Shown: in pieces, positions 52,327-63,962 of the stretch | Numbering within the stretch: the first letter of the stretch is position 1 | Layout of the letters: the number at the start of each line of letters is the position of its first letter | Source of the DNA: an uncultured Methanosarcinales archaeon | GTDB lineage: Archaea > Halobacteriota > Methanosarcinia > Methanotrichales > Methanotrichaceae | Assembly: GCA_963843555.1 (NCBI GenBank) | Contig: CAWJKV010000007.1 | Location: forward strand, 168,073-232,072 | Length of the DNA stretch: 64,000 nt | Reading direction: 5' to 3' | Position numbers and translations under genes: made by a program | The notes under the pieces: generated by a model | The model's database searches: none | What the model saw: only the letters and a program-made list of their open reading frames with translations | Told to the model about the DNA's origin: nothing

Positions 52327-53466
52327 ATGGCCTTTACAATGGAAGTCCCAGATGAAGCGGCGATCAAGAGCGAGGTCATAGAACAGGTCAAGCCGGTACC
52401 GGAAGAAGTAGCCCAGCTTCAGGCTGTAGCGGAAAGCAACGTCGCCGAGATCATGACCATGGATATCGATGAATTTGCCAAGAAGAAGGATATCCTCCAG
52501 TCAATCGAGTCTTTTGGGGCTGACTCGATGAGAAGATCGGCCGCAAAAAATTCTATGCTGCAGGTTACAGTCGGTAAGCTGTCCAAAGACGGCGATGAAG
52601 GCAGCCTTGTGGCAAGAGGTTTAGTGGATTTGCAGCGGGAATTGGAAGACCTGGACCCCAGCCTGATTGACTTCACCAAGACCGGCATTCTCGGCAAGCT
52701 TTTTGACCCGGTCAGGGCCTATTTTGCCAAATACCAGAAAGCAGATGCCGTGATTGCAGATATCATTGTCTCTTTGGACAGAGGTAAGACAACTCTGAAA
52801 AACGACAATACTACTCTGGAAATCGAACAGCAGGGAATGCGCGAATTGACCAAAAAGCTGATGAAAGAGATCCAGCTCGGAAGCCTGATGGACGAATCGA
52901 TTGAAAAGCAGATCGAGGCGGCCAAAGCCAGGAATGAAGACCCGGAAAAAGTTAAATTTGTCAGTGAAGAAGTCCTCTTTCCCCTGCGGCAGCGGTTTAT
53001 GGATATGCAGCAGATGATAGTCGTCAATCAGCAGGGCGTAATGGCGACAGAGATTGTTATCAGAAATAACAAGGAACTGATGCGCGGGGTAGAAAGGGCC
53101 AAAAATGTGACGATTTCCGCTTTGGGGATCTCAGTGATGGTTGCCGAAGCTCTCTATAACCAGAAGATTGTCCTGAAGAAGATTCAAATGCTCAATGAGA
53201 CCACGAATAATATCATCAGGAGCAACGCGCAAATGCTGAAGGGACAGGGGGCGGAAATCCAGAAACAATCAATGGAAGCCAATATCTCTGTCGAGACGAT
53301 GAAGACTGCCTTTGCCGATGTCATGGAAGCAATGGATTCCATCAGCACCTATAAGCAGGAAGCTCTGCCCAAAATGCGGGATACTATCAATCAGTTCAAG
53401 GAATTGGCCGCCATAGGCGAAGAACAGATTCAGCAGCTGGAGAAGGGACATAAACTAATGCCATAG
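52327..53466 (+). CDS. Toxic anion resistance protein (TelA family)
   Basis: LDPS..DF, YFAKYQ, LRQR, IRNNKELMRGVERA; all-helical. Confidence 0.9.
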   Translation: MAFTMEVPDEAAIKSEVIEQVKPVPEEVAQLQAVAESNVAEIMTMDIDEFAKKKDILQSIESFGADSMRRSAAKNSMLQVTVGKLSKDGDEGSLVARGLVDLQRELEDLDPSLIDFTKTGILGKLFDPVRAYFAKYQKADAVIADIIVSLDRGKTTLKNDNTTLEIEQQGMRELTKKLMKEIQLGSLMDESIEKQIEAAKARNEDPEKVKFVSEEVLFPLRQRFMDMQQMIVVNQQGVMATEIVIRNNKELMRGVERAKNVTISALGISVMVAEALYNQKIVLKKIQMLNETTNNIIRSNAQMLKGQGAEIQKQSMEANISVETMKTAFADVMEAMDSISTYKQEALPKMRDTINQFKELAAIGEEQIQQLEKGHKLMP

Positions 53467-53716
53467 CTCTAGAAAGCCGATGCCTGAAGGGCTGCTCAGG
53501 CTGGGGCAGAGTTTTATAAATCCTTGGATATTCTTCAGGCGGTCCAGGCTCCATTTTTCAGGTTCCTCGAGCTAGTTGAGGGATCAGAGTCAGTAGATCA
53601 ATCGATCTTTGGAATTGGAACTCTGCTGCAAGACGGCTGATTGATCCATACCAGCTTCTTTTCAGTGGGTTACGCGCGATTAACGCGGTAGGGTCTGGCC
53701 CCCTCAACGATATTGG

Positions 53717-53852
53717 CTATTTAAGCGGAATTATGACCTTGCCTCCGCTCTTCTGGCAGAAGGATTTGTTCGCCCGGGTCAACCTCCGTCGATTCCCGGT
53801 CCCTCTCCAGTATGGATGAGCCAGTATTCCATGGGCTCTTCCCATTTCTGTA
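53717..53852 (-). pseudogene. Decayed VOC/glyoxalase fragment
   Basis: KWEEPMEYWLIHTGEGPGIDGG ... KSGGKVIIP in broken frames; paralogous to 54383-54794. Confidence 0.55.
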
Positions 53853-53855
53853 TCT

Positions 53856-54347
53856 TTATTTTTGCATCTTCTCCAGCAGTTCATCGAGACGGTCATACGA
53901 ATCCTTGAGACCTTCTTCCATACCACTTTGGAGCATACCGTCACGGTCTTCAACCGACAGGAAGACGGATTGAGAGACCAGCTTTGTCCTATTGTTCGGC
54001 AACTCTTCAAACCTATCTTTTCCGAGGATGACATGCCCTGTCTCCGGCAATCCCTCGAACTCGAAGGTGCTGATGATTCGTTCAGGCGGCAAGACCTCGT
54101 GATTCACGCCATGAGATGCATACTCATTGCCTTTTTCATCTCTCTGGATAAATCGATATGAACCACCGTTTCTCGGTTCAAACGTCTCAAGCTTCATTGT
54201 GAATCCGCGTGGCCCGAGCCATTGCACATAGAGCTCCGGATCGATATGGGCCTTGAAGACGAGTTCTCTTGGTGCATCGAACTCCCGGATGACAATGAAC
54301 TCTTGCTTTCCAGGCTCTGCTATGAGTGTCATCTTATTTTTTGTCAT
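53856..54347 (-). CDS. SRPBCC/AHA1 (START-like) family protein
   Basis: [32 protein letters not shown]. Confidence 0.9.
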   Translation of the reverse strand: MTKNKMTLIAEPGKQEFIVIREFDAPRELVFKAHIDPELYVQWLGPRGFTMKLETFEPRNGGSYRFIQRDEKGNEYASHGVNHEVLPPERIISTFEFEGLPETGHVILGKDRFEELPNNRTKLVSQSVFLSVEDRDGMLQSGMEEGLKDSYDRLDELLEKMQK

Positions 54348-54382
54348 ACGAGTCCACCTTCATTGATCTCTGGTCTTGACCA

Positions 54383-54794
54383 TCATTGTGCATTCTCATC
54401 GCTCTGCATCATGCCAAAGATGTTGCCCTCGGTATCCTTGCAGTAGGCCAGCCAACCGACGCCTTTTATCGCCATCTTGGGGACGGCTATCCTTCCGCCG
54501 GCTTTGAGAGCGCTGTCAACGTGCTCGTCCAGGTCGGCAACGGACACTGTACAGACAAATGCGTTAACCGGTTGTCCTTCGACTGGGCTCTGGCCCCCGC
54601 CGGAACAATAGGCCGCCGTTGATGCCAGGTTCGGTCTCGGGTCCAGTCGTCACAAGCCAGTAACGATTTTCATCTTTAATCTCGACTCCGGGTATTACCC
54701 ACTCGGTTATCTCCCAGCCGAAGACATCTTTATAAAACTTCACAGCCCGTTCGGGATCGGCGGCATGTATCTCAAAATGTACTATTCTGTTCAT
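54383..54794 (-). CDS. VOC/glyoxalase family protein (frameshift near 54590)
   Basis: VHFEIHAADPERA..FY..VFGW ... GWLAYCKDTEGNIFGMMQ. Confidence 0.88.
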
Positions 54795-54986
54795 ACGATT
54801 GACATCTCCCGCATAATTTGATCTATTGTTATCGGTTCGATTGATTTAGCTGCTAGGGTTATACTTATGTCTGATCGTATAAATCTCTACGGATCGATTC
54901 AAATCTTTGGCTCTCTCTGTGAGCTTTGGATCTCTGTGGTTGAAAACGTCTCGAGCACGCTGGTTATAACCAAATGGTTACGGACG

Positions 54987-55072
54987 TTCACCACAAAGGG
55001 CCCATGATCCTCAGGCGGGGATCATGCCCAAAGCATGAAAACCAGTATGCTTTAAGAGTTTTTCATGTGGAG
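54987..55072 (+). repeat. Palindromic ~86-bp direct repeat, copy 1
   Basis: Differs from 55844-55930 by four substitutions and one indel. Confidence 0.9.
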
Positions 55073-55198
55073 AGCACAAAGCTCACAAAGAACGCACAAA
55101 GACGATTTAGCCGGAGCGCTGGGAACGCAGCGAGGGATAATTGAGTTGGACTCACTGACTGTGGATAAGACCATATACAAAGAGTGTGGAATTTCTAT

Positions 55199-55786
55199 AT
55201 GATGAAGCTCACCGCATTTGTATCTGGCAAAGTCCAGGAGGTCGGCTATCGAGCCAGGATAGTCGATATAGCCAATGCATTTGGCCTCAAGGGCATGGTC
55301 GAGAACCAAAAGGATGGCCGGGTGAAGATAATAGCCGAGGGCGAGGATGAAAAGCTCAAATGGTTTGAGAGTGCCATAGACATAAAGAATAGCTTGATCT
55401 ATGTCTCGTCCATAGAAAAGGAGTACTCTCCTGCAAGCAATGAGTTTGAAAATTTCGGTAAGCTGGTGGTCAAAGGCGAGACAGACACCAGGCTGGACAC
55501 GGCTGCAGTCTATCTTAAAGAGCTCGTCTCTGAGGTCAAGAATCTGAATGATAATCTGGGCGGCAAGATGGACCAGATGCTCGATAAGCAGAGACTCTTA
55601 ATGCTCGGCAGGCAGGATCAAATGATCGACAAGCAAGACCAGATGCTCGGCAAGCAGGACGCACTTCTGGATGAAGTTAAGGATATGAACAGGAAGTTCG
55701 ACAGGGTACTGGAAAATGATATCGTAGAATTGAAAAACGATATGGCCGAGGTAAAAGCTGCATTGAGAGAAAAAGGAATTATCTGA
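55199..55786 (+). CDS. Acylphosphatase with C-terminal coiled-coil/heptad repeats
   Basis: VSGKVQEVGYR, GMVEN..DGRV; KQDQML repeats. Confidence 0.88.
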   Translation: MMKLTAFVSGKVQEVGYRARIVDIANAFGLKGMVENQKDGRVKIIAEGEDEKLKWFESAIDIKNSLIYVSSIEKEYSPASNEFENFGKLVVKGETDTRLDTAAVYLKELVSEVKNLNDNLGGKMDQMLDKQRLLMLGRQDQMIDKQDQMLGKQDALLDEVKDMNRKFDRVLENDIVELKNDMAEVKAALREKGII

Positions 55787-55843
55787 TAGAAACTGCATGG
55801 CTCAGTTTCCATCTGCCTTTGGAAAATACTAAGGCTTACGACC

Positions 55844-55930
55844 TTCACCACAAAGAGCTCATGATCCTCAGGCATGGATCATGCCCAAAGCATGAAAAAC
55901 CAGTATGCTTTAAGAGTTTTTCATGTGGAG
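55844..55930 (+). repeat. Palindromic ~87-bp direct repeat, copy 2
   Basis: CATGATCC-N8-GGATCATG and CATGAAAAAC...GTTTTTCATG stems. Confidence 0.9.
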
Positions 55931-56120
55931 GCACAGAGAGCACTGAGAACTCACAGAGGCGTCTGTTATTACCCACTCGATACAGCAGCGAGGAACCCTC
56001 TCAAGCTGAATCTGGAAAATACAGTATTGCAGGAATGCCTGTAGGAACAATCCGATATTGCAGCCTGCAGCGGCTTTTCCCAGAAAATAAATAAAAAATT
56101 CAGATATAAATAAGGTGCAT

Positions 56121-56954
56121 CTAGAGTGGTACGAATCCGTACTCTTCGGCAACCTTCTGGCCCTTAGCCCCTACCATGAAATCAATATATGCCCTGGCTC
56201 CGGGAGTAGCATCGCCAAAGGTATAGAAGTAAAGTTTGCGAGCCAGCTCATAGCTTCCGTCCTTGATGGTCTCGGCCGCAGGCGTGACACCGTCCAGGGT
56301 GATCATGCCAACCGCACCATCCTCTGCGTAGCTGAATCCCAGATATCCTATAGCTTTATCACTGCCCGTCAGGATCGTCCTGATCTCGGCATTGCTTCCG
56401 GCAACGGTACCGACACCGGGCGTCTCTGCCTTCGTGTCCCCCATTATCACTTCATTGAAGGTGTCTCTGGTGCCGGAGGCCTGCTCCCTGGCTGCTACGA
56501 GTATTTGATCATCGGGGCCGCCCAGGTCCTTCCAGTTGTCGATCTCTCCAGCGTAGATCTTCTTGACCTGATCCCTGGTAAGAGAGGTCACACCAGAATC
56601 ATAGATTGGCTTGCTCACGGCAATGACTATGCCGTCGTAGCCCACAAGATTCTCCTGAAATTTGTCCCCAAACTGACTTATCTCATCAGCAGTAACCTCA
56701 CGGGAAGCGATTCCTATATCGGAGTTGCCCTCGACAATATTCTTTATGCCTACTCCAGTGCCGCCCCCGGTTACAAGCACCTCATAATCGGACTGCACGG
56801 CGTTAAAGGCCTCAGCTCCGCCTTCCGCCAGAGGCAATACCGTTGTCGATCCAGAGATACTGACTGTCTCCTTAGCCATGCCCAGCGTTGCACCGAATGC
56901 GCTTACGATCAGCGCTATCAATATTGCGCAAATTAGCTTTCCCAAACAATTCAC
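56121..56954 (-). CDS. pstS: Phosphate ABC transporter substrate-binding protein
   Basis: SGSTTVLP, GGGTGVG, ASR, SGTRDTF, YELARKLY. Confidence 0.93.
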   Translation of the reverse strand: MNCLGKLICAILIALIVSAFGATLGMAKETVSISGSTTVLPLAEGGAEAFNAVQSDYEVLVTGGGTGVGIKNIVEGNSDIGIASREVTADEISQFGDKFQENLVGYDGIVIAVSKPIYDSGVTSLTRDQVKKIYAGEIDNWKDLGGPDDQILVAAREQASGTRDTFNEVIMGDTKAETPGVGTVAGSNAEIRTILTGSDKAIGYLGFSYAEDGAVGMITLDGVTPAAETIKDGSYELARKLYFYTFGDATPGARAYIDFMVGAKGQKVAEEYGFVPL

Positions 56955-57083
56955 CGGCGGAGATAATGTGGGAGTGATATGTAAAGTCGATCAAAATAGA
57001 ATATATATCGATCTGTATTTACATACCTGGACATGAGACTATATAGAGTATATATCCGGCGGTATTGATATTTCGGTTGGACA

Positions 57084-57545
57084 TATGCTTGTTTGCGCGC
57101 AAGTGAATTATGCAATATTGATGTTTCGGATGTTGATTTAAAAAATTTGACAATTAGGATAAATAATGGCAAATGTGGCAAAGATGGAATATCGCTTATC
57201 AATAACGAATGTGCAACCACATTACGCCGCTATTTAGAGGCAAAGCCAAAGCTCATTATCGAAGGAAGAGAACCACTATTCTTTACGGACTATGGCCAAA
57301 GATGGCAAAGAACAGAAGTGCATCGCTTATTCTCCAATTACAAAGCAAAAGCTGGTATTGAAAAGGCTGGTGGTGTTCATGTCTTTGCCCGCCACACAAC
57401 AGCAACCATGATGATTGCAAATGGTGCTGATATAAGAATAGTTCAAAAAGTACTAAGGCACAATGATATAAGAACAACTCTTCGATATGCACATGTTAGC
57501 GATAAAACCAAACGGGAAAAATATGAGCAATGTTTGACTCTGTGA
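57084..57545 (+). pseudogene. 5'-truncated tyrosine recombinase/integrase (XerC/D-like catalytic domain)
   Basis: YACLRASEL, GK.GK, HVFARHT.AT, LRH.DIRTTLRY; no N-terminal binding domain. Confidence 0.85.
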
Positions 57546-57546
57546 A

Positions 57547-58312
57547 TCAGCTAATATTATTTAAGATCCTAATCAGTAGCATAACAAGATAATTTATGTC
57601 TTCTTTTTTATCTTCAATTTCTTTTTGGGTGATATCTCGCTTATTGAGTGAGCAGAACTATTACCTCTATCCCTATAGAAGTCTATTCTTTTTATTACTT
57701 GTTTATCAAAATTGGGATCAATTGGTTTAAAATCATCTATCTTAGTTTCCTAAATTATCCAGTAATGTAGAGAAGCTTTGGAACATTCCTTTGAGCGATT
57801 GTAATATAGGTCAATTTGTTTATTGCCATATTTTTTCCTTAAGATATCGATTACAAGATTCTCTAATAGCTTCCTTAATAGCAAACAAACAGGAATATAA
57901 CGATCGTTATCATAGAGGATGTTTATTTTATTAATTAGTATTTCTATAAAAATCATCTGGAAATGATGCTACAGATATTAGATTACCGAATCATTTTTAG
58001 CTTTTATAGTTGGACTTCCCAATGAAGGATCTATTTTCAATATTTTTTCCCTGGAAATATATAGTACTTCCATCAAAATTTTTACGCGATCTTTATAGTC
58101 TAAAGTCTTTGAATCACTAAGATGATAATAATTAGTTCGGGTATATATGATTTAAGTCCCCATATTAAAGTCATGATATCTTGAATGAGTTTATCCGTTG
58201 TTGATAATGTATTAAGAAATTCCTTGTCAGGAATTGCTCCTTTTTCCTTAGGTAATGCTTCTGCAGTGCTTATGAATCCTTCAAGCTTTATGAAGTCTGT
58301 TTTTAGTGTCAT
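57547..58312 (-). pseudogene. HEPN/DUF4145-like protein, multiply frameshifted
   Basis: FPDDFY, LLLRKLLENLV and YRDRGNSSAH recovered across frames. Confidence 0.6.
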
Positions 58313-58726
58313 TCAGTATCACTTTCCTGAATTAATACTAGTTGGATTGATAAAGCTTATCCTAGTTGTTTTATGGTAATTGACTAAATTATCATGTTTA
58401 ATAATATTGAAATTGGAGAATATGCCGATGGGTGAAAAAAGAGTGATCATATGCCGCGAATGATAACTATTCTAAGTGAGAAGTAGGAATCAAAGCATTA
58501 GATTTGGATTAATTTAGGTGTCTTTCGCTAAAGAAGGCCTCTTGAATTTATTGCATAGGAATTTATGCAATTATACGATATTGATTGCTTTGAGAAGAAG
58601 ATAAATATGGAGTAATATATTATAAAAACGAAGTAATAGCGTTATTAGAGAGAATTGGTTGTTAGTTATGTACAGCCAATTTCAATCGGTTATTCTTATA
58701 TTAGCTAGAGCTTATTAGCAAGATGT

Positions 58727-59451
58727 GTGGATAGAGCATCACGGTTCAGTCTGGTTCTTAGTTTCATCGCAATCATCATATCCATATATGCAGCCTACAA
58801 TTCTTATGAGCAGAACAGATTAACTGAAACTCTTAATTATCTTACAATCGATCCAGAGGTGTCACTTACTTCTACTGATCCAGATTTTAACAATTCTAAT
58901 TCTAGCCCAAAAATCCCGGTGGCGACTTGGGTCTACAAGTATGGTTGCTTTGGATAATAATTCAACTTCAGAAAGCCCTATGATCGTAGTGAAGAATAAT
59001 GGTCCCATAAGTATAGTTTCTTCAGGTATTAAGCATAGATTTTTTTCCTTTAATAAGCCAGAATGAGTTAAATGCCGTCACAATTAGCAGACCCTATTAA
59101 CGATATTGGCGGGGAATATATGGTCTTTGAGAGATATTAAATCCGAAAGAGTTTGTCTTGCAATCTCTTATCAATTCTGCTGATGAGCATGATTCATATG
59201 ATAGATCATATTCGATTTTGGTTTACTTATTCTTTATAGATTATTATAGGGAATCCGATATGAAGGGCTATGGTATGAATGTCGTCTATTTTGTCGATAA
59301 TGGTAGAGTCTATAACGGTAGGGATTTTATGAATAATCGCTATTATCAGACTATCATGAAAGATATAAATTCTACCTCATTTCTAAACGAGCCAAATTTT
59401 CCACCGGTATCTTTTCTGACGAAAAATGTAGCCAAATCTAATGGAAGGTAG
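58727..59451 (+). pseudogene. Membrane-anchored hypothetical protein, fragmented
   Basis: N-terminal TM ORF 58727-58957 and C-terminal ORF 59158-59451 on the same strand. Confidence 0.4.
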
Positions 59452-59648
59452 CCGACCAGGCGAAATTATGATCTACCGTTTCCAGAACTTCCACTATACG
59501 TCTTTAAATCTTCATAGATCATGATAGATTTTACATGATCTTCTTGTATTGATCACTCTGGGGATATATGATAGATATAACGTAATATATCATAAAGTAG
59601 ATATGGAAAAGAGTGACAGAAATTAGTTAATAGTTAAATTTAACTAAT

Positions 59649-60038
59649 ATGAACACGTTAATTTTCAAAAAAAACAGGTTAATAAACTGGAAAGTAATAC
59701 AACAATTATTCTTTATAGAAAATGTTATAAACGATGACCGATATTTTGTTGCGATGACAAGTAATCCAGTCTTATTTAAGATAGGACCATATAATGTTCA
59801 ATTTAATTCAGACAAGTATGCTCTCGAACAAAAAGACGATAATTCTGTAATAGCAACAGCTATAGGTTCATCTAATCAGACGGCAACAATATCCATTTGG
59901 CCGAATGACGAATCTCCATTATTAAATCTTGATGATTTAAAATTAATGCTAAGAGATACTTGGGTAATAGCTAGATGGATAGAACCAAGTTTGCCAAGTT
60001 CTAGTATAACCGCCCACTTCCAGAATCAAAAAAAGTAG
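59649..60038 (+). CDS. Hypothetical protein (probably fragmented)
   Basis: 129 aa ORF in AT-rich DNA. Confidence 0.35.
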   Translation: MNTLIFKKNRLINWKVIQQLFFIENVINDDRYFVAMTSNPVLFKIGPYNVQFNSDKYALEQKDDNSVIATAIGSSNQTATISIWPNDESPLLNLDDLKLMLRDTWVIARWIEPSLPSSSITAHFQNQKK

Positions 60039-60528
60039 ATGGATACGAAGGATTTTATGCCTGTATCCGTTATGGAAATGTTCCAAGAATATCTGCCTCA
60101 TGTGAGAGAGTAATTTGTTCATTAGATAATGGATATATACTTAATATCATTTCTATCTACCCTGTAACGGTCATGAAGAGCCAAAACCAGCCTTTATTGG
60201 AGACATAATTAGTTCTATCCATATTATGAGGCAATGATTTTTGTGCTTGTTCCATTTTTCATTTCCAAAATCTCCGCAATCCCTTGTTTTATTCTCTTCT
60301 TTGCCTGGTTTTTAGAGCAATTGGCCGATGCTTTGGGTGAGCTGCGATACATGACCGCGAAGGAAAGATACTTCATCTCCTTTGACAATTATGTGGCGCA
60401 TAAATTTTGCACAGGTTATCCTGCTTATTCGATGTTTGCATGGTGGCTGCTTGTCATTATTATGATTCTTCTTTTAACTTTGATGGAATGTCTATGATCT
60501 CATCTGGAAAGCAATATTTATTATAAAG

Positions 60529-61190
60529 TTATTCCAATTTCCATAATAGATTGATGTATACTTCAACCATTTCGGAACCTTGCGAATTAAATAGATGATA
60601 ATCTGCTAATCTCTCTTTATTAAAATTCATAAATGAGGGAAGAAGCGTTAAAGCAAAGCCCATAAAATATGAATCCATGACTGATTGCAATAGTCCTAAT
60701 TCTTCTGGTTCCAAATATAATGCATAATTTGTAATAATTTTACTGATTGATTCATTAAAATCTCTTGATTTGTTGTCTATATATTCCGCCCAACTCATGC
60801 TCTTGCCAGAATTACTCCAGATTCCTGGTCCCATTGAAGAAAGATCCAATTCTTTTAGATAGTCATAATAGTTTTTATTGCTTATATCCGAATACTTGGT
60901 GATACTTCCTTTGGAGCTAATGATTGAACCATGTCTCTCATAAGACTTAATTGACTTTTTATAGTGAGCCTCTGAAATACGGTTTGAAGCAGCTATATTC
61001 TTCTCACTTCTGCCTCCTCTTTAATGCTTTTCTCTATCAGTAGCACCGCAATAAGAATACCTAATATTTCTGAAAATAGATTTAATGAAAAATCTTTTAA
61101 TTCACCTTCAAAATTTAATACTAAATACAATAAAATAATTAATATACAAATAAGTATGCTAAAAGATAAATTACGAGAGTATTTTATCAT
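60529..61190 (-). pseudogene. Two-TM hypothetical protein, fragmented
   Basis: ORFs 60993-61190 (TM, NLFSEILGIL) and 60529-60849 are collinear. Confidence 0.45.
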
Positions 61191-61621
61191 TCATAGGAAA
61201 TTGTTTATTTATTCCTATTTAGCTTCTATGTATGAGATACGAAGTTATTCGATGTTTGGATAATAGCTGCCTATCCAAAATTAAATATCGTCCTATCTTT
61301 TTTATATACATGATATTATTGTAATTTTAAGCCGATTTTCAAGTGGAAACCATTCTCGAATTAAGTTAATTTCTTTATAAGTTTTAGTGATTGAACCTGC
61401 AATATCGATATGCTCAAAACCGATATCCGCAAAACAAAAAGCTCTTTGGTCTACTTCACTCATCGGGAAGTTGGATTATAGGTTTTGTCTATTTTTATAA
61501 AGTATGGTTGGAGCAGTTACCAGGAGAACAATTTAGACAAAAGTATAAGTTGCTTAAAACTATGAAAGTTAAAGTTTTTGCTGGAAAGTTTTATCTGTAA
61601 ACCCAACGTAATGGCTTTGAT

Positions 61622-63962
61622 ATGGATAGAAAGTTAGCGTTAGAGCAAGTCAAGGCTTTAGTCGATAAGTACCAAGATATTGTAAGAACTGGAAGAATCT
61701 CAAAGTACAATGAAGAGATGACTAAGAAGGATTTTATTCTTCCATTATTTGAGGCTCTTGGCTGGAAAACTTCAGATTCCGAAGAAGTTTCGGCGGAAGA
61801 AAAAATCTCTAAAATGCGTGTTGATTATGGTTTCAGAATAAATGGAATACCAAAATTTTTCTTAGAAGCAAAGTCCTTTCAGAGAGGATTTAGATAACAG
61901 AAAATTTGTTGAGCAAGCAATAAACTATTCATGGCATAAAGGTTGCACATGGGCTATTCTAACAAATTTTGAAGGTCTTAGAATTTTTAATGCAGAGGTA
62001 AAAACTGAGAATCCTTGGATGAGTCAACTTAAACCAACACTTCATTGCAATGAGTTTATTGCAAAGTTTGATGAATTATATTTGCTTTCAAGAGAAAGCT
62101 TTGAAAACCGACTTTTAGATTCAGAAGCAGAGAAGTGGGGCAAAAAAGCAAAGAAAACAGCAATAGATAAACAACTATTAACTGACTTTACACGGTTTAG
62201 AAGCATTCTGAGCAGAAATATTACTAAACTTAATTCTGCCAAAAAAATTACAGAACAAGAACTGGATGAATGCGTTCAGAGAATTTTAGACAGATTAATG
62301 TTTATTCGAAACTGTGAAGACAGAGAGTTAGAACCTAAGACTCTTATCGCCAATTATAGAGAATGGGAAAGCAAAGGTAAAGGAAATCTAATAAAAAGTC
62401 TGAGAGCAACCTTCCTTCACTTCGATGATGAGTACAACAGCAAAATCTTTGCCAAGCATCTTTGTGACGATTTAGAAATCGATAACGAGGTTCTTCATGA
62501 AGTCATTGAGGGATTGTACACTACCAAAGGATAATGAAGCATACGATTTTGCCATAATTGATGCGGATGTTTTAGGAACAATATACGAACAATATTTAGG
62601 TCATATTCTAAGAAAAACAGAAAAGACAGCAAAAGTAACCGAAAATCATGCTCATAGAAAGGAACAAGGCATCTACTATACGCCACCTTATATCGTAAAT
62701 TACATAGTTAGAAGCACTTTAGGAAAAATACTGAAAGGAAAGAAGGTTGATGTAGAACATCTTAGAGTATTAGACCCAGCTTGTGGTTCTGGAAGTTTTC
62801 TTATCAAAGCTTTTGATGTGTTAAATGAGTATTACAAAGAAAATGATGAGGATTACAAACAGACTCAACTTGATTTGCAATCAGGTATTCCTTTTAAAAC
62901 AAAAAGCAGAATATTGCAAAATAATATTTTTGGCGTAGACTTAGACAGACAAGCGGTTGAGATTGCACAACTCAATCTATTGCTGAAAATTGCAGAGAAA
63001 GGACATAGATTGCCATTATTAGAGAAGAACATTAGGACAGGAAATTCTATAGTTGATGACGAGAATGTCGCAGGTTCGAAGGCATTCAAATGGGAAAAGG
63101 AATTTAGCGATATTATTTCAAGCGGTGGTTTTGATGTTGCAATTGGGAATCCACCTTATGTTCAGACAAGAGGAATTAAGCGAGATAAAGCCTTACCTTG
63201 AAGCAAACTATTCAACTTATCAAGGAACGGCAGATTTGTTTGTTTATTTCTTTGAAAAAGAATTGAAACTGCTGAAAGAAAATGGCTATTTTGCAATGAT
63301 TGTTTCCAATAAATGGCTTAGAGCAGGGTATGGAAAAATCTTACGGACGATTTATCTCTGATTTTTGGATTGAAGAGTTGATTGACTTTGGCGATTTGAA
63401 GGTTTTTGCCGATGCTACAATTTACCCATGCATAATCATTATTAGAAAAATTAGGAAGCAAAATCCCAAAGATGAGAATTTGTAAAATTGAAACATTAAA
63501 CTTTGGTTCGCTTGATGTTATGTAAAAAATAATTCTTATTCAATCAACCAGTCAGAATTATCGGAAAAAGAATGGAATATTCAGAAGAGAAGAAGGAAAT
63601 GAACTCATTAAGAAAATACGAAACGCTGGATTGCCAATTGAGAAGTATGTTAACGCCAAAATAAATTACGGGATTAAAACAGGATTTAATGAAGCATTTA
63701 TAATAGATGAAAAGAAAAAGAGCGGAATTAATAAATGAAGATTCCCAAGAATGCTGATTTAATTAAACCAGTATTAAGTGGTGCAGAATCAAAAAGGTAT
63801 TCAATTAAGTCAAAGAAAAACTATATTATTTTTACCCGAAGAGGTATAGATATACTTCAATATCCTTCAATTTTAAAACATTTGGAACAATTCAAGACTG
63901 AATTAACCCCAAAAACCAAATTGAACTCAAGAAGAATACTCAACAAGACGAATCGGTCGTGA
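61622..63962 (+). pseudogene. Type IIG (Eco57I-like) restriction-modification enzyme, multiply frameshifted and possibly truncated
   Basis: N-terminal nuclease (FILPLFEALGW, RVDY, LEAK), LGTIYEQYL, RKEQGIYYTP, VLDPACGSGSFL, GVDLD, GNPPY, GIKTGFNEAF. Confidence 0.88.

Noticed and set aside
54987..55930. CRISPR array
   Set aside because: Only two 86-87 bp repeats separated by a gene; no repeat-spacer periodicity and no cas genes
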